DNA of 64,000 bases from a virus (Duplodnaviria > Heunggongvirae > Uroviricota > Caudoviricetes), in the IMG/VR virus record IMGVR_UViG_2974574300_000001, positions 1 through 64,000 of that record; one strand, given 5' to 3'. Positions within the stretch are counted from its first letter, which is position 1, and each line of letters opens with the position of its first letter. Both the position numbers and the translations under genes were made by a program. The notes beneath the pieces were generated by a model. That model searched no databases, was not told where the DNA came from, and saw nothing but the letters and a program-made list of their open reading frames with translations. Below are positions 43,009-52,637 of this stretch, piece after piece.

Positions 43009-44986
43009 AGGTCGTAAATTGAAAGAGGCTGGTCAGTTTATTGGTCATTGTGCATGTCCACGTTGTGGTTCATCAGATGCTGGTTCAATCTACCATCATG
43101 ACGATGATTCTTATTCGATGACTTGCTTTAGCTGTAACAAAGGTTTCCCAGAGTGGGATTTTGATAAAGGACAAATCGTGAGCACTTATTCTACTGGTTC
43201 AGACAATAAAAACCGTACTTTCCGTGGAATGGATTTAGAAGATGTAAAAGAAAACCTTGAAGCAATGGACTTGAAAGACAGGAAGATTCCTGCAAAAGTT
43301 CTTGAGCGTTTGGGTATCAAAGTTGACATTGACAGTGACGGTGAAATTGACGCACATTTCTACCCAACTTACAAACGCAATGAAGATGGCAAGCTAGAGC
43401 ACGTTGGTTACCGTGTACGTCATCGTTATCCAGAAGACCATCCAAAAGAACACCTACGAGGTAAGCTAAAAGACTTTTCAGGTGGTGTTGGAGACATTAA
43501 AGGTGAACTGGCAATGTTCGGTTCATGGATTGCTCCAGAAGGTGGTAACCGTCTATTCATCTGGGAAGGTGAGATGGAATGTGCGACAGCAATCTATATG
43601 ACTTCTCTTGCGATTAAGGACAAGTCTCGTCGTAAAAATTACTGTCACGTATCTGTTCCATCAGGTGCAAACATCAAGTCTATCAAAGATAACTATCAGT
43701 ACATTACATCATTTGATGAAATCTACTTGTGCTTTGATAACGATGAAGCAGGTGCTAAAGCTACCAAAGAGGCTGCTGGCATTCTCCCTATCGAGAAGGT
43801 TCGTTTATTCCAGTATCCAGAGGGTGTAAAAGACCTTAACGAATGGTGGACAAAGTTCTATAAAGAGAAAGATACAGTTCTGGAAGGATTTAAGCAGCGT
43901 ATCTACAATGCACCCCGTTACTGCCCTGCTGGTATCAAGAACTTCGCAGATGGTTTTGAGGCAATGAAGAACCGTGGTCAGATTCCATTGATTCCTTTCC
44001 CAGAATCATTCGGAGATTTGAACAGACTGACTTATGGTGGTTATGGGCTAGGTGAGATTACAACTCTGGCAGCACCATCTTCAGTGGGTAAATCAGCATA
44101 CACTCGTGAAATGATTTACACAGCTTGGAAAGATACCGATTACAATATTGGTGTAATTCCTGTAGAGGATACCTATGAAGAGTTGATGGAGATGCTCTGT
44201 GCAATCCACCTGAGCAAGCAGATTTCTGAGATTCCTTATGACGAACGTGATTGGGATGAATTGAAGGAAGCACACGCAGAACTATCTAAAGGTCGTCGTA
44301 TCCACATCGTAGACCATCAAGGGGCAATTGACCAAGATAACTTGCTGGAGTTTGTTGACTATCTTGTTAATAGCCTTGATTGTAAGATTATTATTCTTGA
44401 CCCTATTACGTTGGCTCTGTCACGTTCAGATACGGATGAAGAGGAAGTTTTGTCTGAGCTATTGCGCCGTTGCAAACGCTACCAGTATGCACAGGTGAAC
44501 GTCTGCCACGTTCGTAAAAGTGCAGGTGGTCAGAAGGCTAACTCTGAAGGTGGAGATATCTCTGAAGAGGATATTAAAGGTTCTGGTGCGTATTTCCAGA
44601 TTTCTATGAACAACATTCTGTTAATGCGTAACAAGGTTGACCCAGACCCTGTTAAGAAAAACCTGACAAAAATCAAGTTAACTAAATGTCGTCGTCACGG
44701 TAAGTCAACGGGTATTGCTGGTCATACTTGGTACAATCCAGATACAGGACGCCTCATCAAAGCATCTGGTTGCGGAGTTGACATTGATGGTGCAGCAGAG
44801 AATATTCGCCAACAGTTTGGTATTGGCGAAGCTGAAGACCATTACGATGACTCTTTGCCACATTATGAGGATGAAGTGTTTGACCGTGAGACTGGTGAAG
44901 TCTATACTGAAGAGCAGCGTCAAAGCTCAACGATTCCACCTGTATTAAGTGAGGATGCAGATGACTGCCCATTCGAAACTGAGTGA
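43001..44986 (+). CDS. DNA primase-helicase (T7 gp4-like)
   Basis: N-terminal zinc-binding CPRCGSSD...CFSCNKGF, primase core, Walker A PSSVGKSAYT in helicase domain. Confidence 0.8.
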   Translation: MSKGRKLKEAGQFIGHCACPRCGSSDAGSIYHHDDDSYSMTCFSCNKGFPEWDFDKGQIVSTYSTGSDNKNRTFRGMDLEDVKENLEAMDLKDRKIPAKVLERLGIKVDIDSDGEIDAHFYPTYKRNEDGKLEHVGYRVRHRYPEDHPKEHLRGKLKDFSGGVGDIKGELAMFGSWIAPEGGNRLFIWEGEMECATAIYMTSLAIKDKSRRKNYCHVSVPSGANIKSIKDNYQYITSFDEIYLCFDNDEAGAKATKEAAGILPIEKVRLFQYPEGVKDLNEWWTKFYKEKDTVLEGFKQRIYNAPRYCPAGIKNFADGFEAMKNRGQIPLIPFPESFGDLNRLTYGGYGLGEITTLAAPSSVGKSAYTREMIYTAWKDTDYNIGVIPVEDTYEELMEMLCAIHLSKQISEIPYDERDWDELKEAHAELSKGRRIHIVDHQGAIDQDNLLEFVDYLVNSLDCKIIILDPITLALSRSDTDEEEVLSELLRRCKRYQYAQVNVCHVRKSAGGQKANSEGGDISEEDIKGSGAYFQISMNNILLMRNKVDPDPVKKNLTKIKLTKCRRHGKSTGIAGHTWYNPDTGRLIKASGCGVDIDGAAENIRQQFGIGEAEDHYDDSLPHYEDEVFDRETGEVYTEEQRQSSTIPPVLSEDADDCPFETE

Positions 44987-45242
44987 TAGTTATAAAAGAG
45001 AGGGGTTCACACCCTTCTTTGAAGAAAAAAGTTTAAATAAATTTCAGGAAGAGTGTTTGACAAAGATTGATAGGTTCTATAGAATGCTCCTTATGAAATG
45101 CGATGGGGAAGTTGAGATAAAAGAAGATTTCCACCAAAGCATAATTACAGTCATCATTGCGCTGCCTCAGCATAATATTAGTTGGCTGTTTATAATTAAA
45201 GAAAATGTGTTTGAATATCAAGTATATCGGAGAATATCATGA
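44949..45242 (+). CDS. hypothetical protein
   Basis: ORF overlapping helicase 3' end; start uncertain. Confidence 0.3.
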   Translation: MRMQMTAHSKLSDSYKREGFTPFFEEKSLNKFQEECLTKIDRFYRMLLMKCDGEVEIKEDFHQSIITVIIALPQHNISWLFIIKENVFEYQVYRRIS

Positions 45243-45388
45243 AACACTCTAAAGCATTTGAAAAAGTTTTTGGGGATTCCTTAAAAGCCACTGCTGGAAA
45301 ACCAGCAAAATACTATGAAGAAAAACGTGTAAGAACTGGAAAAACTGCACGTAAAGCAGCTTCTAAAGATAAGCACAACTTCCAGTAA
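45239..45388 (+). CDS. small basic protein
   Basis: 49 codon ORF with GGAGA RBS, ATGA overlap with upstream stop. Confidence 0.3.
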   Translation: MKHSKAFEKVFGDSLKATAGKPAKYYEEKRVRTGKTARKAASKDKHNFQ

Positions 45389-45395
45389 TTAGTAT

Positions 45396-45424
45396 TTGAC
45401 AATAGAGTATCAACAAATTAGAAT
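45396..45424 (+). promoter_or_regulatory. sigma70-like promoter (TTGACA-17-TAGAAT)
   Basis: TTGACA 45396-45401, 17 nt spacer, TAGAAT 45419-45424, upstream of SSB-like gene. Confidence 0.6.
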
Positions 45425-45460
45425 TGGTACTCTTCATAAATTGAGATAGAGGTTTAAATA

Positions 45461-46324
45461 ATGTCTAAAGTTGTTAAAATGAAAGCTCCGGTAGAGAAGT
45501 ACAACGGTACTGAACGTCAAACTCTGCGTTACCTGCTGAAAGATGTCTGGTTTTATTACCTGAACACTTCACCACGTCCGGGAAAAGGTAAGTCTATTGA
45601 TAAGAAATTCCCAGGAAAAGACTGTAACTACAGCGTATCAATTCTGGCAGAAGACGGTAACAAACTGTTTAAAGAGTTTACTAAGTCTAAGAAAAATCCA
45701 GAAGGCTGGGATAAAGTTACTACTGAAGCAGTTGATGCAGATGACTTCGAAGAGAAGTTTGGTTGTAAACCACCTTTTGAAGCAGACACTTACTACATCT
45801 TGAAAGTAAGTCGTGCAGCAGCTTATAAAGATGGTGCTGTATGGACAGCTAAACAGTCATTCCCTGTTATGCTTATTGAAGAAGTAAATGGTAAGCGTGT
45901 AGCTGTTAAACAGCCGATGAAGAAAATCAAAGCTCAAGCATCTGATAAACATGAAGATGACAAGAACTATGATGTAATTCATCCAGATATTGCAGTTGGT
46001 AACGGTTCTTTTGGTAGTGTGATTCTTTCTACTCACTTCTACACTTTTGAGAACAATGTTCTGACAAAACCTATTCAGGAACAGTTTATCATTGATACTC
46101 TTGTACCTTACACTGGTGGTAACGGTGCTAATGGTGAACCTGAACTTGATGAAGATGAACTGGCTATGCTTGGTCTTGATGGTGTTGAAGATAACGGTGA
46201 AATCACTGAAGAAGACGCAACAGACCATAAACCTTCGAATGCTTCTGATGATGGCGATGGCGATGACGAAGACTTGCCAGACCCAGATGACGAAGAAGAT
46301 GAAGACTTCGATACAGAAGACTAA
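45461..46324 (+). CDS. single-stranded DNA-binding protein (gp2.5-like, putative)
   Basis: highly acidic C-terminal tail DDGDGDDEDLPDPDDEEDEDFDTED; located in replication module. Confidence 0.5.
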   Translation: MSKVVKMKAPVEKYNGTERQTLRYLLKDVWFYYLNTSPRPGKGKSIDKKFPGKDCNYSVSILAEDGNKLFKEFTKSKKNPEGWDKVTTEAVDADDFEEKFGCKPPFEADTYYILKVSRAAAYKDGAVWTAKQSFPVMLIEEVNGKRVAVKQPMKKIKAQASDKHEDDKNYDVIHPDIAVGNGSFGSVILSTHFYTFENNVLTKPIQEQFIIDTLVPYTGGNGANGEPELDEDELAMLGLDGVEDNGEITEEDATDHKPSNASDDGDGDDEDLPDPDDEEDEDFDTED

Positions 46325-46342
46325 TCTCTAAAAGTTACTTTA

Positions 46343-46371
46343 AAGCCCTGTACTTAGTATGGGGCTTTTTC
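46343..46371 (+). terminator. possible rho-independent terminator
   Basis: AAGCCC ... GGGCTT hairpin followed by TTTTT. Confidence 0.45.
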
Positions 46372-46386
46372 ATATGGAGAGCCATA

Positions 46387-47433
46387 ATGGAGAAGTACAC
46401 ATTAACAAAACTTCCCGATTCAGTTACACATGTTTTTATTGACTCTGACAGCATTGCCTATAAAGGTGCTTGTGTAGTTGAGAAAGCAAAATATAAATAC
46501 GTCAATAAACTCACAGCAGAAGAATCTGAACCATTTGACAATGCGAAAGATGCTGCAAGATGGTTAGCAGACCAGAGAATCCTTGTGGAAGAACTTGGCC
46601 TGACATTTGATGAAGATGAATGGGAAAGACAGACTTGGAAAGAAGCTAAGAGTGAGAAAGAAGCTATCATGGCGACTCAACAGGTGCTTCAGGAATGGCT
46701 TAAGGTTGTTGGGAAAGAGAGAACTTGGGTAGGTTATTTAACAGAGAAAGGTGTGCATAAACATAAAGACATTAAAGGTCTTGAGCACCAATATCAAGGT
46801 AACCGCAAAGATGCTGTCACACCAACACACTTAGTTGCTTGTCGTGAGTATCTTCTGTCAAGACCAGAGTTCAAATTGATTCTTGATGGATTTGAAGCTG
46901 ACTCTATCGTTATTGCTAAAGCTGAAAAAATGGGAAAAAAGGCTGCCTTAATGAGTATTGATAAAGACCTTCGCCAAGCTGAAGGGACTTACTGCATTGA
47001 TATGACCTATGAAAAGTCACCTTTGATTTTCATTGCTGACAACAACGTAGGTGAAATTTGGGATTGCCCAATAAAATCTACACCAAAAGCTAAGAAGACA
47101 GTCGGGGTAGGTTTTAAATTTCTTTGCTATCAAGCCGTGGCTGGTGATAATGCGGATAATTATTTTGGCTTAAAGGGTGTTGGCAAGGTTACTATAATGA
47201 AAGCCCTTGAAGGTAAAACCACCTACAAAGAGTGTCTTGATGCAATTTATGAGCTTTATGCTAAGAAAGAGTCATATACTTATGTCTCGTGGGATGGTCA
47301 AACAATTACCAGAACACCTTTAGAGTTAATGCAACAACACTTTTTCTTAGCTTATCAGGAAAGAAATAAGAAAGACGATTTCACTTTTGATAAGTATGGA
47401 TGGACACCAAATGTTAACCCAACAAACTCTTAA
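46387..47433 (+). CDS. 5'-3' exonuclease / flap endonuclease
   Basis: PIN-like acidic residues (FIDSDSIAY, IDKD) and H3TH motif GDNADNYFGLKGVGKVT. Confidence 0.7.
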   Translation: MEKYTLTKLPDSVTHVFIDSDSIAYKGACVVEKAKYKYVNKLTAEESEPFDNAKDAARWLADQRILVEELGLTFDEDEWERQTWKEAKSEKEAIMATQQVLQEWLKVVGKERTWVGYLTEKGVHKHKDIKGLEHQYQGNRKDAVTPTHLVACREYLLSRPEFKLILDGFEADSIVIAKAEKMGKKAALMSIDKDLRQAEGTYCIDMTYEKSPLIFIADNNVGEIWDCPIKSTPKAKKTVGVGFKFLCYQAVAGDNADNYFGLKGVGKVTIMKALEGKTTYKECLDAIYELYAKKESYTYVSWDGQTITRTPLELMQQHFFLAYQERNKKDDFTFDKYGWTPNVNPTNS

Positions 47434-47910
47434 AGAATACCTACACTATGACCCGAAACAGGGGTCTTTACTTGGTTAGTTGATAGAAAAGGTAAGGCCA
47501 AAGCTGGCTCAGTAGCAGGTTTTAAACACCATAGCGGTTATATCTATATAAAACTCTTCGGAAAAAGATATGCAGCACACAGGCTGGCATTCTTGTATAT
47601 GAAAGGATACCTCCCAAAATTTGTTGACCACAAGAATTGTATCAGATACGACAACTGGTTCGACAATTTGAGAGAGTGTAGCAGGTCAGACAACAACTGT
47701 AATGCAGTCAAAAGAAGAGATAATAAGTCTGGTGTGAAGGGTGTATATTACCACAAGCAAAGAGGTAGATGGGCTGCACAAGTTAAGCATAATAAAGTTT
47801 GCTACCATCTAGGTCTATTTGACTCTGTTGCTGAGGCTGAAGAAGTTGTCAAAAAGAAAAGAGAAGAACTTCATAGAGAGTTTACAAATCACGGAGAAGC
47901 TCATGAATGA
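47411..47910 (+). pseudogene. HNH-AP2 homing endonuclease gene disrupted by frameshift
   Basis: frame A MLTQQTLKEYLHYD then frame B PETGVFTWLVDRKGK...VDHKNCIRYDNWFDNLRE...GVKGVYY; junction at C-run GACCCG near 47450. Confidence 0.55.
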
Positions 47911-48407
47911 TTAAAGTTAAAGGTTTTGGGAGTTGTCCAACTTATGGACATTGGATTTCACTATGTGGTGAAGTTGACCCAGCAAAGCACTTTGGTTTTG
48001 TCTACCTAGTGTACTGCAAAAAGACTGGACAGTACTATTTGGGTAAAAAACAGCTTAACAGTGTGACCAAAAGAAAAGTTGCTGGTAAGACTCGGAAGAA
48101 GATAGTCACTAAGGAAAGTGATTGGATGACTTATGAGACTTCTTCTGAGTATATCAAAAAAGATATTGAAAGTTTTGGAAAAGAATTTTTTGACTTTTAC
48201 ATTATCCAAACCTACTACACAAAAGGTGGTCTAGTTTATGGTGAAGCAAACCTTCAACATAAGTTCGATGTAATGACAAAAAGGATTGACTCGAAGCTCA
48301 GACTCTTCTACAATGCCAATATTGCAGCAATTAAGTTTATTACCAAAGAAACTTATGAAGATGCTGAAAAAAGAATCCATAAGGTAATGAAAGTAAATTG
48401 TGCTTGA
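47907..48407 (+). CDS. GIY-YIG endonuclease-like protein
   Basis: FGFVYLVYCKKTGQYYLGKK resembles GIY-(10)-YIG motif. Confidence 0.45.
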   Translation: MIKVKGFGSCPTYGHWISLCGEVDPAKHFGFVYLVYCKKTGQYYLGKKQLNSVTKRKVAGKTRKKIVTKESDWMTYETSSEYIKKDIESFGKEFFDFYIIQTYYTKGGLVYGEANLQHKFDVMTKRIDSKLRLFYNANIAAIKFITKETYEDAEKRIHKVMKVNCA

Positions 48408-48428
48408 TAACTATTAAGAGAGAATAAA

Positions 48429-48677
48429 ATGTTTAACAAAAGTAAAGCTGTAAGTCATGTAGCAAAAGTTGACAGCAAGATTGAAGAACTTGAGCGCATC
48501 CTTGCAAATGCTAGAGAGTCAATAATTAAAGAAGTTGAAGCTGTTGAATCTCAAATGCAGCATCTAATGCTTAAACGTCAAGAGCTACGTGAGCATCTAG
48601 AATATATTGAAACACGAGAGCTAAAGGTTAACAAATATTTTAAGGAGTCCGAATGTTTAACTCAAGAGAATCAGTAA
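48429..48677 (+). CDS. hypothetical protein
   Basis: ORF. Confidence 0.4.
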   Translation: MFNKSKAVSHVAKVDSKIEELERILANARESIIKEVEAVESQMQHLMLKRQELREHLEYIETRELKVNKYFKESECLTQENQ

Positions 48678-49408
48678 AAAACTGGAACCTTCGTTGTGGA
48701 AACACTCAAAAGCAACCTTACAGTGATGAGTATTGGGAATCTTTAAAATCTCAATCTCTGTGTATGCTTGAAGAAGCAAAAGAACTTGTAAAAGCAATTG
48801 AAGAGGAAGACCCCATTGAGACACTGGATGCTCAGGCAGATTTACAATATGTTCTTGACGGCTTGATTTACCTGTCACAACATGACCATAACGGTGCTAT
48901 GAAAGCTGTTTGTCATAATAATGACCTGAAGTACACAGATGATTATGAAGAAGCTTTAAAACGTCTTGCAGACATTGAAAAGCGTACTGGTCAAGAGTGT
49001 ATTATCAGAATGTCAGTAGTTGATGGTAAAGAGTGGTATGCGATTGTTCGTGCAGCCGATGGGAAGATTATGAAGCAATCAAATCTCCCTAAAGTACAGC
49101 TTGGTGAATACATTGTAGAGCTTGAAAGCCAAGAACTTTTTGTGGTAGTATCTGAGACATGCGTTATCTGCAAAGGTATTGTAGGTAGCTTAAAGGATTT
49201 GGGTGTAGATGGTTTTGTAGAAGTTAATCCAATTACCTCTAAAGCAGATAAAGATTTCTGTAAAGAGAACGGACTATGGATTGCAGATATTGTCTACTAT
49301 GATGGTGAGCAGTTCCATGTAACCTCATACCCGAAACTGAATTATGATGCTAATAACCTGAAGTGCTGGTTAAAAGGGGTTGGTTATAATGGATTCACAG
49401 AACATTAA
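48653..49408 (+). CDS. hypothetical protein (possible MazG-like pyrophosphohydrolase)
   Basis: N-terminal region with EEAKELVKAIEEED and downstream acidic helices. Confidence 0.35.
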   Translation: MFNSRESVKNWNLRCGNTQKQPYSDEYWESLKSQSLCMLEEAKELVKAIEEEDPIETLDAQADLQYVLDGLIYLSQHDHNGAMKAVCHNNDLKYTDDYEEALKRLADIEKRTGQECIIRMSVVDGKEWYAIVRAADGKIMKQSNLPKVQLGEYIVELESQELFVVVSETCVICKGIVGSLKDLGVDGFVEVNPITSKADKDFCKENGLWIADIVYYDGEQFHVTSYPKLNYDANNLKCWLKGVGYNGFTEH

Positions 49409-49712
49409 TAAAGAGGGTGTGGCTCAGAAGAGCCACTTCTCAAACTACAATATTTCTATGACGGTGTTTATGAATGACCCGTTACTAGAAAAATATAGTG
49501 AGACTCCAGATACACTTCTGGACAATGAACAAGTTTTAAAAGCAGTCCTGTACAAATACGGGATTGATATTGAGAAAGAGTATTCCTTTGAAATCTGCCA
49601 ACACAGGAATACTTTCGGTAAAGTTGTGATGGCTCCACTCTTTATGGGTGTAGAAAGGACTGACTATGGTTGGTTGTATCTAAAAAGAAACTTGGAGAAA
49701 TACCGTGTCTAA
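49389..49712 (+). CDS. hypothetical protein
   Basis: ORF trimmed to ATG. Confidence 0.35.
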   Translation: MDSQNINKEGVAQKSHFSNYNISMTVFMNDPLLEKYSETPDTLLDNEQVLKAVLYKYGIDIEKEYSFEICQHRNTFGKVVMAPLFMGVERTDYGWLYLKRNLEKYRV

Positions 49713-50043
49713 AGCAAAAAAGCTATCTTATGATGACATTATCTCAGGTGCTAAATTAGGTGTTGATAGTATCGGACAAGATGTTAAGCACGGGGACACA
49801 GTTATGTACTGTGATGACCGAAGAGGCAGAAGTGCAATCTTGTTTGGAAGAATTGTTTGCAAGATGCGAGGTAATTACGTTGTTGCAGACATGGATGTGA
49901 ACGTTACACAAAAACTTGAAACACTTATGGATGATAATACACCATCATGGTTCTCCCTGAATTGTATGCACACTTCTTCAGTCACAAGAGTAAGTGATAA
50001 GTTTTACGATATGTGGCAGAATGAGCAAATTTTCAAGATTTAA
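49705..50043 (+). CDS. hypothetical protein
   Basis: ORF. Confidence 0.4.
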   Translation: MSKAKKLSYDDIISGAKLGVDSIGQDVKHGDTVMYCDDRRGRSAILFGRIVCKMRGNYVVADMDVNVTQKLETLMDDNTPSWFSLNCMHTSSVTRVSDKFYDMWQNEQIFKI

Positions 50044-50047
50044 ACTA

Positions 50048-50072
50048 GGGAGCCTCTTCGGAGGCTCTTTTC
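50048..50072 (+). terminator. rho-independent terminator
   Basis: GAGCCTC-TTCG-GAGGCTC hairpin followed by TTTT. Confidence 0.65.
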
Positions 50073-50089
50073 ATCTGTAGGATTCGAAA

Positions 50090-52324
50090 ATGATTAAGAC
50101 AATTAAAAAATCAAACGGTACAGTAGTAAGCTTTGACCCAGAAAGACTGAATAAGTGGGCATCATGGGCAGATAAGCGTGGAATTATCTGGTCAGAAGTC
50201 ACTATGGAAGCCATGAAACGTGTCTATGAGGGTTGCACTACAAAAGAGATGCACCAAGCCATGATTGATGTTTGTGTTGATAAACAAACTCAAGAGTACT
50301 CAGATATGGCTGGACGGCTGCTTTTGGGTATTATCTACAAAGAAGCCTTTGGAGGCTTTACTAAGGTTCCTACGCTGGTTACCTTCGTTAAAAATATGGA
50401 GAGAGCAGGACTTTGGGAGAAGATGGATTATTCACAGGAAGAGCTTGAATACCTGCAAGGTTACATCGTACACTCAAAAGATATCTCTTACGGTTATGCA
50501 GTCTTGAAACAGTTCAGAGACAAGTATGGTATCCGTGATATTAAAACGGGAAGACTTTTTGAGTCACCACAATTTATGTTTATGGGTATGGCTATGAAAG
50601 CCTTTGAGAAGCAACCAAAGCACCGTAGACTGCAAGATGTTATCAAGCTGTACACTTACCTATCTGACCTGAAGATTAACGCTCCTACGCCTTATTTAAA
50701 TGGTTTAAGAGCAACTAAATCAGGTTATGCGTCATGCTGTTTGATTAAGGCAAATGATACTGCTGAGTCTCTCGGTATTGCTGCAAAGGTTGCTTATGAT
50801 ATGACCACAAAGCAAGCTGGTATTGGGATGCTGATGGAGACTCGCACTATTGGTGATGGTATCCGTCAAAATACGATTGAGCACATGGGTAAGCTACCTT
50901 ATTACAAGCTTGTACGTTCATCTGTAGAGGCAAACAAACAGAAGAGTCGTGGTGGTTCAGCTAATAACTTCTACACTGCTCTAGACCCGCAGATTGAAGA
51001 TTTACTGCGTTTGAAGCACCCTACAACGGTTCCTTCTAAACGTATTAATGAGATGGACTACTCATTCGGCACAAACGATTATTTCTGGCAGTGTGTTCAG
51101 TATGATACAGATTGGTTGCTATTCTCTTACAAAGATGCACCAAAACTCTATGACATGTTCTACACAGCATCTGCTGATGAGTTTGCTATGGCAGTTGGTC
51201 ACGCAGTACATTCAGGAGTTAAGCACAGACGAGTAAAGGCTCGTGAAATTGCTAAGCTGTTTATTCAACAGCGTTATGCTACAGGTCGTGTGTATCCATT
51301 CTTCACAAATAATGCGAACACACATACACCATTTAAAGAACCATTGAAGATGTCAAATCTTTGTATGGAAATTGTGTTGCCAGTGTATGGTTTTGAGAAA
51401 GAGACAGACCTTTACAGAGACGATGCTGTGAAAGAGGATGGTGAGGTGGCTCTTTGCTTCCTAGCTAGTTTGGTTGCAGGGAGAATTTCAGAAGATGAAT
51501 ACGCTGACGTTGCTTATTATGCTCTTGCAATGGTTGACTCCGTTATTGACCTTATGGATTATCCGTATCCGTCGATGCGTAACCATGTTCAGAAGCGTCG
51601 TTCTGTTGGGATTGGCCTTACAAATGTGGCTCATTACCTTGCGAAGAACTACGTGAACTACTCTTCACGAGCAGGTAAAACAAAACTTCATGAACTGGCA
51701 GAGATGCACTCTTACTATCTGCATGAAGCCTCTCTGAGACTTGCTAAAGAGCGTGGCGTTCCAGAGTACATGAAGTTCACTAAGTATCCTGAAGGCTGGG
51801 TTCCTCCAAAGACAGCTAACAAGAAGATTGATGAAAAGCATGATGCAAAACTACGATATGATTGGGATGACTTAGCACAACGTATCAAAGAAAATGGTGG
51901 AATCCGAAACTCTGTATTAGAAGCTTACATGCCTAATGAGAGTTCTTCACTAGCAACTAATACGACAAATGGCTTGTACCCAATTCGTGACTTTATTTTA
52001 ACTAAAAAATCTGCAACTGGTAACGTACTATTTATTGTTCCAGATTATGAAGAGTTGAAGTATGTCTATGAGATTGCTTGGGATATTGACACCTTTGATA
52101 TGATTGATTGTTATGCAATTGTTCAAAAGTTCACTGGTCAAGCTATCTCTTCAGACTTCTATGTTGACTATGCAAAGTCTAAGAAGGTATCATTGGCTCA
52201 AGCTTTGAAGTACATGATTTATGCCAACTCGGTAGGTATGAAAACCATGTACTACCTTAACAGTCGCATTGGTGTAGGTAAATCTGCACTGCAAGATGCT
52301 TATTGCGAGGGTTGCGGTGTTTAG
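50090..52324 (+). CDS. nrdA: ribonucleotide reductase class I large subunit
   Basis: 744 aa, active-site region SNLCMEIVLP and catalytic cysteines. Confidence 0.85.
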   Translation: MIKTIKKSNGTVVSFDPERLNKWASWADKRGIIWSEVTMEAMKRVYEGCTTKEMHQAMIDVCVDKQTQEYSDMAGRLLLGIIYKEAFGGFTKVPTLVTFVKNMERAGLWEKMDYSQEELEYLQGYIVHSKDISYGYAVLKQFRDKYGIRDIKTGRLFESPQFMFMGMAMKAFEKQPKHRRLQDVIKLYTYLSDLKINAPTPYLNGLRATKSGYASCCLIKANDTAESLGIAAKVAYDMTTKQAGIGMLMETRTIGDGIRQNTIEHMGKLPYYKLVRSSVEANKQKSRGGSANNFYTALDPQIEDLLRLKHPTTVPSKRINEMDYSFGTNDYFWQCVQYDTDWLLFSYKDAPKLYDMFYTASADEFAMAVGHAVHSGVKHRRVKAREIAKLFIQQRYATGRVYPFFTNNANTHTPFKEPLKMSNLCMEIVLPVYGFEKETDLYRDDAVKEDGEVALCFLASLVAGRISEDEYADVAYYALAMVDSVIDLMDYPYPSMRNHVQKRRSVGIGLTNVAHYLAKNYVNYSSRAGKTKLHELAEMHSYYLHEASLRLAKERGVPEYMKFTKYPEGWVPPKTANKKIDEKHDAKLRYDWDDLAQRIKENGGIRNSVLEAYMPNESSSLATNTTNGLYPIRDFILTKKSATGNVLFIVPDYEELKYVYEIAWDIDTFDMIDCYAIVQKFTGQAISSDFYVDYAKSKKVSLAQALKYMIYANSVGMKTMYYLNSRIGVGKSALQDAYCEGCGV

Positions 52325-52379
52325 TTTTAACAACTATGAGGGTCGTAAAAGACCCTCTAAAAATAACTTTGGAGAGACC

Positions 52380-52637
52380 ATGAAAGATTTAATAGAAAAA
52401 CATGAGCGACCAATATACTTGCTCCACAAGCCTCGGAAAACGATGTACTATGTGGGTAGCACAGACATGATGATAAAGCAAAATGATGACTCATGGGTTG
52501 CTGGTATCTCTTACATCTCTACAGCAGATGGTAAAATTTATGCAAGACCTTATGAGATGTTTAACAAAGAAAATTGGGAAGTTTTAGACAGAAAACAAGC
52601 CTTAGAAATGATAAAGAAAGGAGAAATCACACTATGA
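52380..52637 (+). CDS. hypothetical protein
   Basis: ORF between nrdA and nrdB. Confidence 0.4.
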   Translation: MKDLIEKHERPIYLLHKPRKTMYYVGSTDMMIKQNDDSWVAGISYISTADGKIYARPYEMFNKENWEVLDRKQALEMIKKGEITL

